DNA of 64,000 nucleotides from Lytechinus pictus (Eukaryota): NCBI RefSeq assembly GCF_037042905.1, contig NC_087249.1, positions 8,620,001 to 8,684,000 of the forward strand, read 5' to 3'. Shown piece by piece: positions 49,301 to 61,807 of this stretch (position 1 is its first letter; each line of letters starts with the position of its first letter). The notes under the pieces were generated by a model. It saw only the letters and a program-made list of their open reading frames with translations, ran no database searches and was not told where the DNA came from. The position numbers and the translations under genes were made by a program.

Positions 49301-52300
49301 CCAGCAAAAGAATCATATTGGCCCGAGTCTTTAGACGAGGGCAATATGGGTCTTTTAAGGGCAATATATCTGATGTTCCCCGAAAGAAGTGCAGTCAATA
49401 TTTTTATTATCATCCAAATCAGATATCTAGAGCAAAAATCATGATAACAGTGATATCTTTTAAGAATAGAGTTCTGTTGTGTCATGATAATATCAGTGTC
49501 TAGGCTCTGCACTTTACCATTATGACGTACTCGCAAGCGCCCAGGGGAGCGTTTCATCAACATTTTAATCCGACAAGTTGTCAGATCTGACATCTTTCCA
49601 TGATTTTGATTGGCTGAGAGGCACTGTTCCTATGGTAACTGTCGGATAAAATGGGACTTGTCGGATAAAACGTCCGACAAGTCCTTTCATGAAACGCCCC
49701 CCTGATCCAACGTTGTCTTATTATGACGTAGATCGTTGGTGCGCGGAACATTATGAAGCGTATCACTTCATTCGCATCCTCAAAGGCCCGGATGTGAGAC
49801 CAGGGAAAATACAAAGGTATATTTTGCGTCGTCTCTGCATGCAAAGTCAATACGCGCATTGAAACCGAGGAAAATACAAACAATATACCTATCCCTTCCT
49901 GATAATAATAAAATACAGGGAAATACGGTTTTGTAAATGACCAGCTCAGGAGCCGTTGCAGAAAGAGTTGCAATCGATTGCAACTCTAAAAATCATGCGC
50001 AACTTGATTTTCAACCAATCAACAGCGCGCATTTGGGACTTGCGATTGATTTTTTGACTTGCGTTTAAACGCAACTCTTTCTGCAACGGACCCCAGATGT
50101 CTGATACGGGTGATAATTATATAATATTGACTGGTCTTGAGGGGAACATCAAATATATTGCCAGCAAAAGAATTATATTGGCCCGAGTCTTTAGACGAGG
50201 GCAATATGGGTCTTTTAAGGGCAATATATTTGATGTTTCCCGAAAGAAGGGCAGTCAATATTTTTATTATCATCCAAATCAGATATCTAGAGCAAAAATC
50301 ATGATAACAGTGATATCTTTTAAGAATAGAGTTCTGTTGTGTCATGATAATATCAGTGTCTAGGCTCTGCACTTTACCATTATGACGTACTTGCAAGCGC
50401 CCAGATCCAGCGTTGTCTTTATTATGACGTAGATCGTTGGTGCGCGGAACATTATGAAGCGTATCACTTCATTCGCATCCTCAAAGGCCCGGATGTGAGA
50501 ACAGGGAAAATACAAAGGTATATTTTGCGTCGTCTCTGCATGCAAAGTCAATACGCGCATTGAGACCGAGGAAAATACAAACATTATACCTATCCCTTCC
50601 TGATAATAATAAAATACAGGGAAATACGGTTTTGTAAATGACCAGCTCAGATGTCTGATACGGGTGATAATATATTATATATATGGCCCAGTCGATTAGT
50701 CTCTGGACTTTTAAACAGAGGATCTTGGTTTCGAATCCTTGCCATGGCATAGACCCTTCAGGAATAAAATCAATCTTCAATGTCTGCAATCAGCCCAGGT
50801 GAGGTAAATGGGATATCGTCAGGAAGTAATCGCTTTGTGAAACTATCTCTATTATATATTACTTGAAAGTCAAACTATATCAATTTTGTACTATGCACGA
50901 CAGTAAAACAAAATGAATTGAACTGAAGAGGGGGGATTATTTTCATTAATTGATTTCTGGGTGTCTGACGCTTTGTAACAGACAATATGTCATGAAAGGT
51001 CAGGCAATGAGCGATCACCCAATGGTTTCCAATAACGAACTTAAACCTGGAAAAATCGGCCAGATTCGTTATCATGCATTAAATGTGCCAGATGAAATGA
51101 ATATTCATTCAATTTTTTGTTGTTTTTTATTATCGATATTTACTATTGTTAGGTCTGATATCACCGGAAAACGTTATTATAAAAAATATTAACACTGTCG
51201 ATATAGTGATTCGAATTTTCGAACCCGTGTTATTACGACTCCGCAGTTTGACGCCTTATACGGTTATACCACTCCATCAGGAGTAATTAACGAATATTAG
51301 AGGGGAATCTTTATACTGCTGATGTTCTTGGTAGTAGGCATCTTCCTGCCGATATGAAGATTGCTCTGCGTGTGAGTGTTGAGACACCATATTAATCTTT
51401 ATGTTAATATTATTTTTCATCAATGTAGCTGAAGTGCGCGAGGACCGTGAGAATGTGAAACTTGAAGAGTCTGGTGAGTATTATAGTATGCCTTTAGTGT
51501 TTGCTGTGATACATCCTCGTGGTAGTATTGTGAAAAAGTTGTTGTCATTTCAGGACAATTTACAATGATCTGACTGCAAAATAAGATGATATTAAATCAT
51601 AGGAGTTACCCATAAATATATTTATCATTTTTGCCATTCCAATAATCTTCACTATATTAGTATAATTACTATCATTATTGATACTAATACTATTATATTT
51701 AGTGTTCCTTAACCATTATAATCATCATCATCATCATCATTATTATTATCAGTATTACTATCATCACCATCATCGTCATAATCATTGTTACGATCAGTAT
51801 CATAATAATGTATTAAAAAGCCCATTATTAGCGGTTGCAGTAACCATTTATACACATAATACATGTAGGCCTATTTGAACATTTCCGTTATTAACGGAGA
51901 TCTTTAATCAGAAACAGTAAATTAATATCAATGTGTTCCTAACTAATCAAAATCAGTTTGGAATACAGTAATGTATCAATTTGTATTCGTAATATTTTTT
52001 TCCACTTTAAACTTATTACCATCTTATTTTCTTGTATCTTTGCAGTTGAGGAAAGTGATTGTCCTCCCGGCCTGTGGTGTGGTTCGGCGTAAAAATGGCA
52101 GAGGTAAAAATTGCAGAACGTAAAAATGGCTGGAGTAAAATGGCAGGGGTAAAAATTGCAGAAGGTAAAAATGGCAGGGGTAAAAATTGCAGAAGGTAAA
52201 AATGGCAGGGGTAAAAATTGCAGAAGGTTAAAAATTGCAGTGGCAAACATGGGAGGGGTAAAAATTGCAGAAGGTAAAAATGGCAGGGTTAAAAATTGCA

Positions 52301-53190
52301 GAAGGTAAAAATGGCAGGGGTAAAAATTGCAGAAGGTTAAAAATTGCAGTGGCAAACATGGGAGGGGTAAAAATTGCAGAAGGTAAAAATGACAGGGGTA
52401 AAAAATGCAGAAGGTAAAAATTGCAGTGGTGAAAAATTGCAGAACGTAAAAATGGCAGGGTAAAAATTGCAGGGGTAAAAATTGCAGAAGGTAAAATGGC
52501 AGGGGTCAAAATTGCAGAAAGTAAAATGCAGAACGTAAAAATGGCGGGGGTACAAATTGCAGGGTAAAAAATTGCAGGGGTAAAATTGCAGAACGTAAAA
52601 ATGGCGGGGGTAAAATTTGCACAAGGTAAAAATGGCAGGGGTAGAAATAGCAGAAAGTAAAAAAGGGCAGAGGTAAAAATGGCATAGGTAATACCTTTTT
52701 TACCTGGCACCTGTGGTGTGTCAGCTAGTACTCACGAAATAACAATTTGATGTGGTTTTGTGGGTGTTTTAGGGGGATTTTCCTTGATTTACTAATAATT
52801 GCGCTTCCTTTCTGCATAAAAGGGCAAATTCACCCTAAAAAAAAGTTTACTTTAATAAAAAGAAAAATCCAAGAAAGTAACGCTGCAAACTTTATAAAAA
52901 TCGGATGTGAAGTATGAAAGTTATGTCATTTTTAAGTTTCCCTTATTTTCACAAAACATTTATATGTACAATCTGGTCAGTATGCAAATCAGGGGTCTCT
53001 GACGATTTCTGGAAATCGCCGCGTACGATTGATAATGTATCAAATTGGGTTTTCGTGAATTAAAGACACTTAAATATAATTTTGTCATGATTTTCTGGTG
53101 AAAGTCTAATATAAGTATTCAATTTTTTTGATCGATTGATTATCAAATTTTATTCTTTTTTTTAACAGGAAATGCTGGAGGACCGAATGA
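46318..53190 (+). CDS. Putative secreted prepropeptide, 70 aa; join(46318-46393,47517-47555,51429-51473,52046-52076,53169-53190)
   Basis: Product MKSTRFAIPLFMVLIFVVYQASSSHGFVYPDVDEEVASAEVREDRENVKLEESVEESDCPPGLWKCWRTE*. It has a signal-peptide-like N-terminus, an acidic spacer and a Cys pair. All junctions are AG/GT with compatible phases 1,1,1,2. Confidence 0.72.
49545..49701. mobile_element. Harbinger-type MITE inserted in repeat unit 2
   Basis: Absent from units 1 and 3 (empty site gcccagatcc). TIR gggagcgtttcat / atgaaacgccccc, flanked cag/ctg. Confidence 0.9.
49950..50093. mobile_element. Harbinger-type MITE inserted in repeat unit 2
   Basis: Empty site gctcagatg in units 1 and 3. TIR ccgttgcagaaagagttgc / gcaactctttctgcaacgg; TSD cag. 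Confidence 0.9.
50684..50830 (+). mobile_element. tRNA-derived SINE, degenerate
   Basis: tggcccagtcg (A box), ggtttcgaatcc (B box), then a cccaggtg..taaatggg body. Confidence 0.55.
52080..52709. mobile_element. MULE-like non-autonomous element composed of ~15-16-bp tandem repeats
   Basis: Direct repeat cctgtggtg(tg) at 52071 and 52710. The interior is about 40 copies of gtaaaaattgcagaag / gtaaaaatggcagggg. Confidence 0.85.
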
Positions 53191-55064
53191 AAACTGAAAA
53201 TGGGATTAGGATTGACATATGTCATAATGTCGACAAACGTAATCGATAATCCTGAATGCATTCATATTCCATCATCAAAATCTGCAGTACTGCATTATAT
53301 CATTATTTTGAATCAGTGTTGTTAATCACAAAATGTTCATCATATTCACTATGACCAAGAAATACGATTACAACATCAGCTTAACTTACTTACTCAAAGG
53401 TCAAGTCTACCTCAGAAAAATGTTTATTTTAATCAACAATGGTAATACCACAAAGTCATGTTCAGGGAGGAATAAGACTTTTTTTTTACAGGACAACAGG
53501 AAGAAAATTATGAAATGTCATATAATAAACTACAAAAAATAGTGAGTGAGTGATGATCATCAGTCCTCTCATTTGCATACCGACCAGGATGCGAATATCA
53601 CTTTTTTGTGAGATTAAGCGAAAATTAAAAATATGATTATTTCTTTATTCTACATCTGATTTTGAAGAAATATTTAGTGTAATGCTTGTTGGATTTTTCT
53701 CTTTTTATTCAAATAAACTTTTTGTAGGGATGGAATTGTCCTTTGATAAACTCTTAATAATTTCAGCATTATCTCAATCATGACAATCATTTTTTTTTTT
53801 GTTGCAGACCTACAAATTGGCGGGTTACATTATTAATTCTCTTAAATGCACAGACACCAGAATATATTTAGCAAGAGTGACATGAAATCATGTGTTATCC
53901 ATTAAAATAATATACAAAGATGAAAAATAATGTATATCTTGTTATTTCAAATTGTCATATTTTCGGCGTGTATATAATTATGTTGTCCAAATAACAATAT
54001 GCATTGTCAGGTGCTAACGTACAGTGTTCCCAAGTATCACCCTCTTATGTGCTGACTCACACAGCGTGCTGATATGTTACCCCTTATAAAGGCCGACGTC
54101 AGTGTTAAGTGTAAGGCATATTGCAGCAAACTAATAACTTCATAACCAAATAGGAATACTTTGAAAATGTGTGTGTGTGTGGATAAATGTGTGAGCGAGT
54201 TTGTAATGATATACTTCTTTGGGAAATTTTCTTGCATTTTACCCATCAAACGGGGACGTGCTACCCTCTTATTTCGAACCCGGTCCGGAAAACCATGCAT
54301 GGTTATAGATCTCATCTCCAATGGTCAGATAACAATAGTGTGAGGATGTGTGTGTGTGTGTGTGAGTGAGGTTTTGTGGGTGTGTGCGTTGGTGTGGACG
54401 TGTGAGCGAGTTTGTAATTATCTACTTCCTGGGGAAATTTTCCTATTCTCGAGGGCCTCCCTGGTTGATGTTTGAAGATCACGAATATTTCCCATGTCAT
54501 TTCAAACCGTTTCATATAGTTCAAATGATTTGTAAAAGGTTTCCGCTCTGCCAGTTAAATTCAAGTAGGGGGACACAATATCAATGCCCCCTACGATTTT
54601 TGGTATCTTATGATGAAAAGAAATGCATCATTCAAAATCGAAATAAAACATGTATTTTGGACGAGATTACCTTTCTTTTTGGGTGATAACCTCTTTTTTT
54701 TTTTCTTTTTTAATTTTCCAGCCCCTGGTCCCCCTACCTTTGGGGAGAGATTTGCTCCCATGGTCGGAGTACTATCCCAAGTTAGCGACACTATAAGTCC
54801 GCAAATGATTCAGTTGTGGAATAAATTCACTTTTTTATTGAATGTAACGCACGTCCCAAAGTTTGACATTCTAAGCACTTATCAGAGCATCAACAGGATC
54901 GTTACCTTAAATCAATTGATGCAAGCGCGAAGAGCAAGATGAAATTTTTTTATATTCTGACCTAAAATTGGACTTTCTAAGCACATTTGGTAGTCATGAA
55001 CAGGATGGACATTTAGCTAAGCCTTTAATGCGAGTAAACATGAGTTTGCCCTCCCCCTCCCCCA

Positions 55065-55530
55065 TGTGAAACATGAATTTGGCGTGTCCCCCGGTCAAAC
55101 ATCAAATTAGCGCCCCAAAGGTGGGACATGAATTTGGCGCCCCCTTCTCTAGGTTGAACATGAATTTGGCGACCCAGGACAAACATCAAATTGCCGCCCC
55201 TATGTCGAACATCGATTCGGTGCCTCTATGTCGAACATCAATTCGGCACCCCTTAGGTCGAACATCAATTCGGCGCCCCCTATATCGAACATTAATTCGG
55301 CGCACCCGAGGTTGAAGATCATTTCGGCGCCCCCTATGTCGAACATCAGTTTGGTGCCCCTAAGCAAAACATCAATTAAGCGCCCCCCTATGTTGAACAT
55401 CAATTCGCCACCCCTAGGTAAATTATCAATTCGGCGCACCCCTTTATCGAACTTTAATAAGGCGCCCGTAGGTATAGAACATCAGTTCGGCGCCCCTAAG
55501 TAAAACATAAATCAATTAGGCGACCCCTTC
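55065..55530. repeat. ~27-bp minisatellite (tcgaacatcaattcggcgccccctatg-like)
   Basis: Roughly 16-17 degenerate units, inside a probable DNA-transposon remnant ending near 55680. Confidence 0.8.
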
Positions 55531-57292
55531 CCTCCTTTTTTTCCTTCTCTCTTTCTTCCCTCGCCCCCTTTTCATATCTTTCTCTTCTTCTTTTTCCTCC
55601 TTTCTATCCGTCTCTTTTCTTCCTCTTTTTGGCACCCCCTTTTTCGCCTACCCGAGCCCCTCCCCCCAGAATACGGGCATGGTAACCCTAGAGGAACGTT
55701 GGAGAACATAGCGATAAAAAAAAATCGGATGGCAATATGCAGGGGCAACGACCGTGCCGAATTCGGGGACCAAATTTGTCTTCTCTGCCTACAATCGAGA
55801 ATGCAAAACGAGCCTACCTTCAAGCCTGGTTCAGGAGCACGGCTCTTGAGCACAGTTCAAAATTCTAAGACCCAACATATTATTATGATACACAGAAACT
55901 GAAGCTCCCCCCCCCCCTGATTCATACCAATTACAGTCCAAGCAGAATTACAGCTAGCTCCACCAAACATCTTTACTTCAAACTACACTGCACAAGTTCA
56001 AGTGACATGCCTTGCATAACAATATCATGTGGCTTGCACAGTATTTTATTCATGTAGTGGACTCATGACATGTTAAAGTGCCCGAATCATGGTGACGAAA
56101 GACGTTTTCAGTAGTCTAGTAAAATTACATTAATTAGGTGAATGGATGGGCTCTGAAATAAATCATATACAGTCATGCTTTTTGCTCCTTGTCAGAGCAG
56201 ATACAAAGTTTTATACCATATCTGCTTATCTGCTTGCATGGCCTATAGCTGTTAAAACGTGTTGCATCTGACGTTGAAAGAAACTTATCGAAACCAGTAA
56301 TTATCTTCATGTTCTTCAAATGAGGTCAAACAGTTGTTTCGATAAGTTTCTTTCATCAACTGTATAGGTAGAACAGAGGTAATATTGAACTGTGTAGCTG
56401 CTCTGATAAGCAAAAATAATCAAGCATAATTATGAAACAATTTTAGAGCAATTTTGGCAATCCCCTTCTCCATACACTTTAGGTTACTCTGAGAAATCCT
56501 AAGAAGTAATTAGATCATCATATGTATATGGCAGTATCACAGATATTTCTTCAAGAACGCAGTAAAAACCACACTTACATGAAAACAGTCATTCCAGAGG
56601 AATAAATTGGAAATGATTAATATGCCTGATACCATACATAGTGACAACACAGATATCCTACTTAATGCACTTAATTACTGATCAATTAATGTTTCAATAT
56701 TTTTCATTATAATGATCCTCCCATCTTGTCCAAAATGGAAACCAGGAAATAAATGATAAATAAGTTTTCTTCATGTACAAAGTAAATATTTTAAATGCAT
56801 GTAATAATTATGGCAACCATCTTTTAAAAATGGCCGTTATTTACAAATCAAAACATGGTAGTATCCCCAACACAACCTCAGATTTGGATTCTAAACCCCT
56901 AAGGCTAAAACCAATATACTCCATCTTTTGAAACGTGAGTAAATCCTAAATTCAAGATTGCCGCCGGCGGCCAGTTTGGATATTCGCATATAGGCCTATA
57001 TCTCAAGTTGGTCAATGCTGACAGAGTTCCAGCATGACGATTCCTCAATAGAAGGTCTCACCAGTGTGGCATTCCAATGCAACCTTAGCCCCCAAATCAG
57101 GGTATGGCTGCCGGAATATAGGGGTTAATTGGTACAATAGCATCACCCCAAGGGGTGCTAATGAGTGCAATTATGCTCAAATTCAAATTCAAAAGTTTAT
57201 TGATATAAAATCCTGACATTTAAGGATCATCATCGAAAACAAAGAACAGGAAATAATACAAAATAAGCATAACATAGTAACAACGAGGTATT

Positions 57293-57328
<36 letters not shown>

Positions 57329-58034
57329 AGAAAAAAATACAAATCTTGGATGAAATGTTGGATGCGAGATACATATCAAAGCATAAATATACACACATAT
57401 ACATAAAATACCTAAACAGTAATACACCCATATATACAAATACATAAGCATAATATATTTTTTTTCTTTCAAGCATCCTCAGTCTCTCCGCATACATATA
57501 ACTTATTCCTATAACACATATTTTGCTGATATCCATGTCATTGCTACCTAATCACTGGCGTAAATCCCGGGGGGATGGGGAGATATACCCCCACACTTTT
57601 CGAGGAGGGGGGGGGGATGGCCTGTACAAACACCCCCCCCCCCCCCACTTTTTACGAAAGAAATGACAAAAAATCACAAGAGATAATTGTTTTATTGGTA
57701 AAAATTCTTCCTAAAATACCGCTTAACAAATAAAACAATATTATTGAATCATAAATGCAAATAAAGAGCCTGTTCACCATTTCCAACCGAAATACTTATG
57801 TCCTTATTATAACATTGAAGAGAAACCCCCGTTTCTTCTAATTCATCAATGTTGGGGTCTTTGGGAAGGGATTAAGATGGAATGTCAAAAAATGTAGTTT
57901 ACGCGCGTATTCGCATTCCGATCATAAAATGTCACAGTATGCCATGTTGCAATAACTTTTATGGGCTATCTTGCCATGCATGCATGGTATATATTAAGAT
58001 ACCTGACAAACAAAATCAATCAATCAGTAGCACC

Positions 58035-61000
58035 ATTTTTTATTTTTATTTATTGATATATTCATATTCCACAATCATCAAAGTACATTTATAATAAATC
58101 ATTTTAACACTGAAAAAAATGCATAACTAACAGGATTGAAACGTAGCAATGAAATGAAAAAAGTGGAGGGGCCTACTAAAAAGCAAAGCTTGTAAAATGT
58201 AGACCCCCTATCAAAATTTTATACAAGGTAATATGATATAAGTAGAGTAAAATAATCAGCAAAATTCTATAAAATTATATATAAACACTGTAACACAAAT
58301 GTATTTACACTATATACAAAATTAAATATTGACTTTAAAATAATCAATACTACCGTGGGTAAGTATGAGGTTCACAAAATATTTGATTGAATCAATAAGA
58401 ATTCAGAATAAATTTTTTGATGAGTAATTTAAATCGGTTTAGATTAGCTGCCTCTTTTATTACTCTGTCCAGAGAATTCCAGAGTTTTGGTCCTGTGAAA
58501 AATACAGTTTTGCTAGAAAATACTGTTCTACTTTTGGGTAAGTGATAGTCATTTGAATGTCTCGTATTATATGAATGTAAAGTATTGTTTTTCATAAATT
58601 TCTTTTGTAGGACATTAGGTACACTATTTCTATCTAGCTGATACATGAATTGGAATAGTTGCAAGCGGTACAGGTCATTGACTTTAAGGATACGTTTATG
58701 ACGAAACAATTCATCTGTATGAGCTCTAAAGGACATATTGCATATTATTCTCAGTACTTTTTTCTGAAGTAGCAAGACTTTATTGAGTCTCGTTTGAGAG
58801 GCATTACCCCATGCCAGAATTCCATAATTAAGATATGGTAGAATTAATGCACAATACAACATGGATAGCGCCCGTGCTGGAAGAGCGTTTTTAAGCTTAT
58901 TGATGACTCCAATATTTCTTGCCACAGTTTTGCAAATATTGTTGATATGAGCATTCCACGTAAGCTTGTGATCAATAGTAAGACCTAAGAATTTTGTTGT
59001 TTGCACTTCTTTGATTTCAGTATTATCTAAAAGTATTTGATGCGGTAGATGTTTCAATGAATGACTAAAAAGCATATAATTAGTTTTTTGCAGATTCAAT
59101 GACAGTTTGTTGGCTTTAATCCAGTTTGTTACTTTTTTAAATTCTGCATTCATAGTGCTCACAAGTACATGTGGATCATGATGTGTAAAGAAAATATTGG
59201 AATCATCAGCAAAGAGAATAAATGAGAGAACATGAGATGAATTTTTCATATCATTAACATAAAGTACAAATAGCAAAGGGCCAAGAAAACTACATTGTGG
59301 AATTCCACAGGAAACTGGCCTTGTTGAAGATTCTGATTCATTTACTGTAACAAACTGAATTCTATCAGTAAGATAACTCCTAAACCATTGTAAAGCTGTC
59401 CCTCTGATACCGTAATTTGATAGCTTACATAATAGTATTTCATGATCTATTGTATCAAACGCTTTTGAGAAGTCGAGGAATAACCCTACGGTGTGATCAG
59501 AATCGTCAAAAGAAGTAGATATTTTATTTATTAATGTCAATATAGCATGAGTTGTATTATGTTTTTCTCTAAAACCGAATTGATTATCACATATAATACT
59601 ATATTTCTTAAGGAAAGCAACTGTCCTTTTATAAATTATCCTTTCAAGAATTTTTGAGAACGAAGTTAACAAAGATATTGGGCGGTAATTACTAGTAATT
59701 AATTGGTCTCCCTTCTTGAAAATGGGTATAACTTTAGCTATTTTCATCTTCTTTGGGACCTGGCCAAGCTGCAACGATAAATTAAATATATGAAGCAGAG
59801 GATCAGCAAGAGAATGTATAATGTTTTTCACAACTCTATTTGTAATGCCATCATAACCGGGAGTCTTTTCTGCTTTCAAATTCAATACAATCTCAAGTAT
59901 TAAATTCTTCTCTATGAACTGGAGTAAGAAATATTGAACTTTCATTTTGTTTATCCAAAAAGTTCTTAAACGAATTTTCTACAGGCATAATATTTCCAGC
60001 TAACTTTGGTCCAATTTGAGAGAAATATGTATTAAATTCATTTGCTATAGAATGAGTATCTTCAACCATATTTTCATCTACACATAATTTATGAACAGCA
60101 CTAGATTTGTTAATTTTGTTTAGGGCCCCATTTATTGTTTTCCATGTATTTTTAAGGTCGTTTTTATATGAATTTAATTTTTCTGAATAAAACCTCTTTT
60201 TTTGCTATTCGGAGAGTAGTTGTTAAGGTATTTTTATAAGACGTGTATCTATTCCTTGAAATATCATTTGGATTTGATATATAAGAAACATACAGATTAT
60301 TTTTCCGATTTATAGACCTTAATATCAATTTTGAAACCCATGGGAGCTTTGGAACACGTTTATAATCGTAATTTCGATATTTCTTTAAAGGAACACAAGA
60401 ATCTAAGCAGTCATTGAAAGATTTCAAAATATGTCAAATGAGTCATCGACATTCACATTCGAGTTATAAACGTCAGACCAATCAACAGAGCTTAAATCTT
60501 CTTGAAGGCGTTCAATATTTTTATCACTAAAGTTGCGACAGATCCTATATTTCTTTTCCATTTTTGCGAGTGATTGCATTGTTTGGATATGGGTAAAAAT
60601 AAGAAAATGATCGGATATGTCTGTCGTTACAATGCCAGCTTTCGGAAGAGGATGAGAGTTACAGAATATATTGTCTATAAGCGTAGCAGAATGATCAGTA
60701 ATACGGGTTGGTCTAGAAATAATAGGCAAAAAAGTAGAAGATAACATTAATTCAAGGAAATCATTTGTTAAAGAGTGATTACTGGTCAAGAGATTAATAT
60801 TGAAATCACCAGTGATGATACAATTGTTATTTATCAATTCTCCGTTTTGCAAAAGTTCATTAGTAGCAAGTAAAAAATCTTCTATACAAGAAGTTTGAGG
60901 AGGTCTGTAGATGACACCTATTAGAGTTTTCTTATCTTTTTGAATTTTTACTTCTACAAATAAGGATTCGATGATTTCATTCATATATTCAAATTCATGT

Positions 61001-61503
61001 CTAATTGCATAATCAAATGAAGACGGAATATATAATGCTAGTCCACCTCCAATTTTATTTTTCCTATTGTTTATAACAATATCATAATTTGGGAGGGTGC
61101 ATAAGGAATTCGGGGTTTCCGTGAACCAAGTTTCAGTAAGAGCAATAATTGGGGGATTGGCAAACTGTGTATTTTCTAATAATAATCGTAATTTCTCGAA
61201 GTTTTGGTTAGCGCTTCTTATATTCAAATGCAAAATAAAAACATCATCTTCTCCAATCAATTTAGCATAGTCTTTGAATGAATTTTCTGTATAATATGGA
61301 GAAGAGGAAAGATTGTATGCTTTATCATGAATATCGAATTCAACTTGAAGTTCATCAAAATCATTTGTAAGAATATCAGTAGAAAATCTATCAAATGGAG
61401 TATAATGATTTGAGATAACATTGTTTTTATCTTGATGATTTAGTAATAAGAAATCATCATTATTCAGATGATAAAAGGGGAAATCACGCATATTATCCAC
61501 CAT
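58035..61503 (-). pseudogene. LINE C (LINE A-like family) ORF2, APE + RT, frameshifted; no ORF1 seen
   Basis: Pieces 60424-61503 (EN), 60164-60427 and 58392-59945 (RT: NYRPIS, LDFSKAFD, FADD). The 3' UTR motif at 58165-58208 resembles LINE A. Confidence 0.9.
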
Positions 61504-61807
61504 TATGAAATATAATATATTGCCATTTTAAAACAAAATCTTTGTAAGCTAAGCATATAAAGCATTTTTTAGATTTGATACCATCATGGCCCAAAATTCG
61601 AGTTCGGAAAATACTACAGTTGTAATAGTTAACAAAATAAAGATTATCTAATACAATTATTAACGGGCGATGAAGAATATTTGCACACAAAAATAAGTAA
61701 AATGACCTCCATAAAATGTCTGGTATTGAAACATTATTGAAAGGGCAGTGAAGGAATGCAAATGAAGAAGATGAAGTGATGAAAGAACTTACAATGAAGA
61801 AGATGAA

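Larger units (their letters stand above)
48703..50670. repeat. Three head-to-tail copies of a 554-bp element (Crypton-like non-autonomous element, tentative)
   Basis: Units start at 48703, 49257 and 50117 (ttatataatattgactgg...cgggtgataa) and are near-identical. The middle copy is lengthened by two MITEs. Confidence 0.9.

Noticed and set aside
48662..50789. Repeated 70-215 aa ORFs
   Set aside because: They arise from the 554-bp triplication, show no recognisable domain, and have frames that differ between copies.
51678..51878. His/Tyr-rich 66-aa ORF
   Set aside because: Translation of a (CAT/TAT)n microsatellite within an intron.
51939..52710. ORFs with (AIFTP/FCNFYP)n repeats
   Set aside because: By-products of the 15-16-bp tandem repeats inside a TSD-flanked element.
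53808..53840. Alternative last exon for the peptide gene after a strong acceptor (ttgttgcag)
   Set aside because: Splicing from exon 4 would create an immediate TGA and lose the second Cys; at most a 3' UTR exon.
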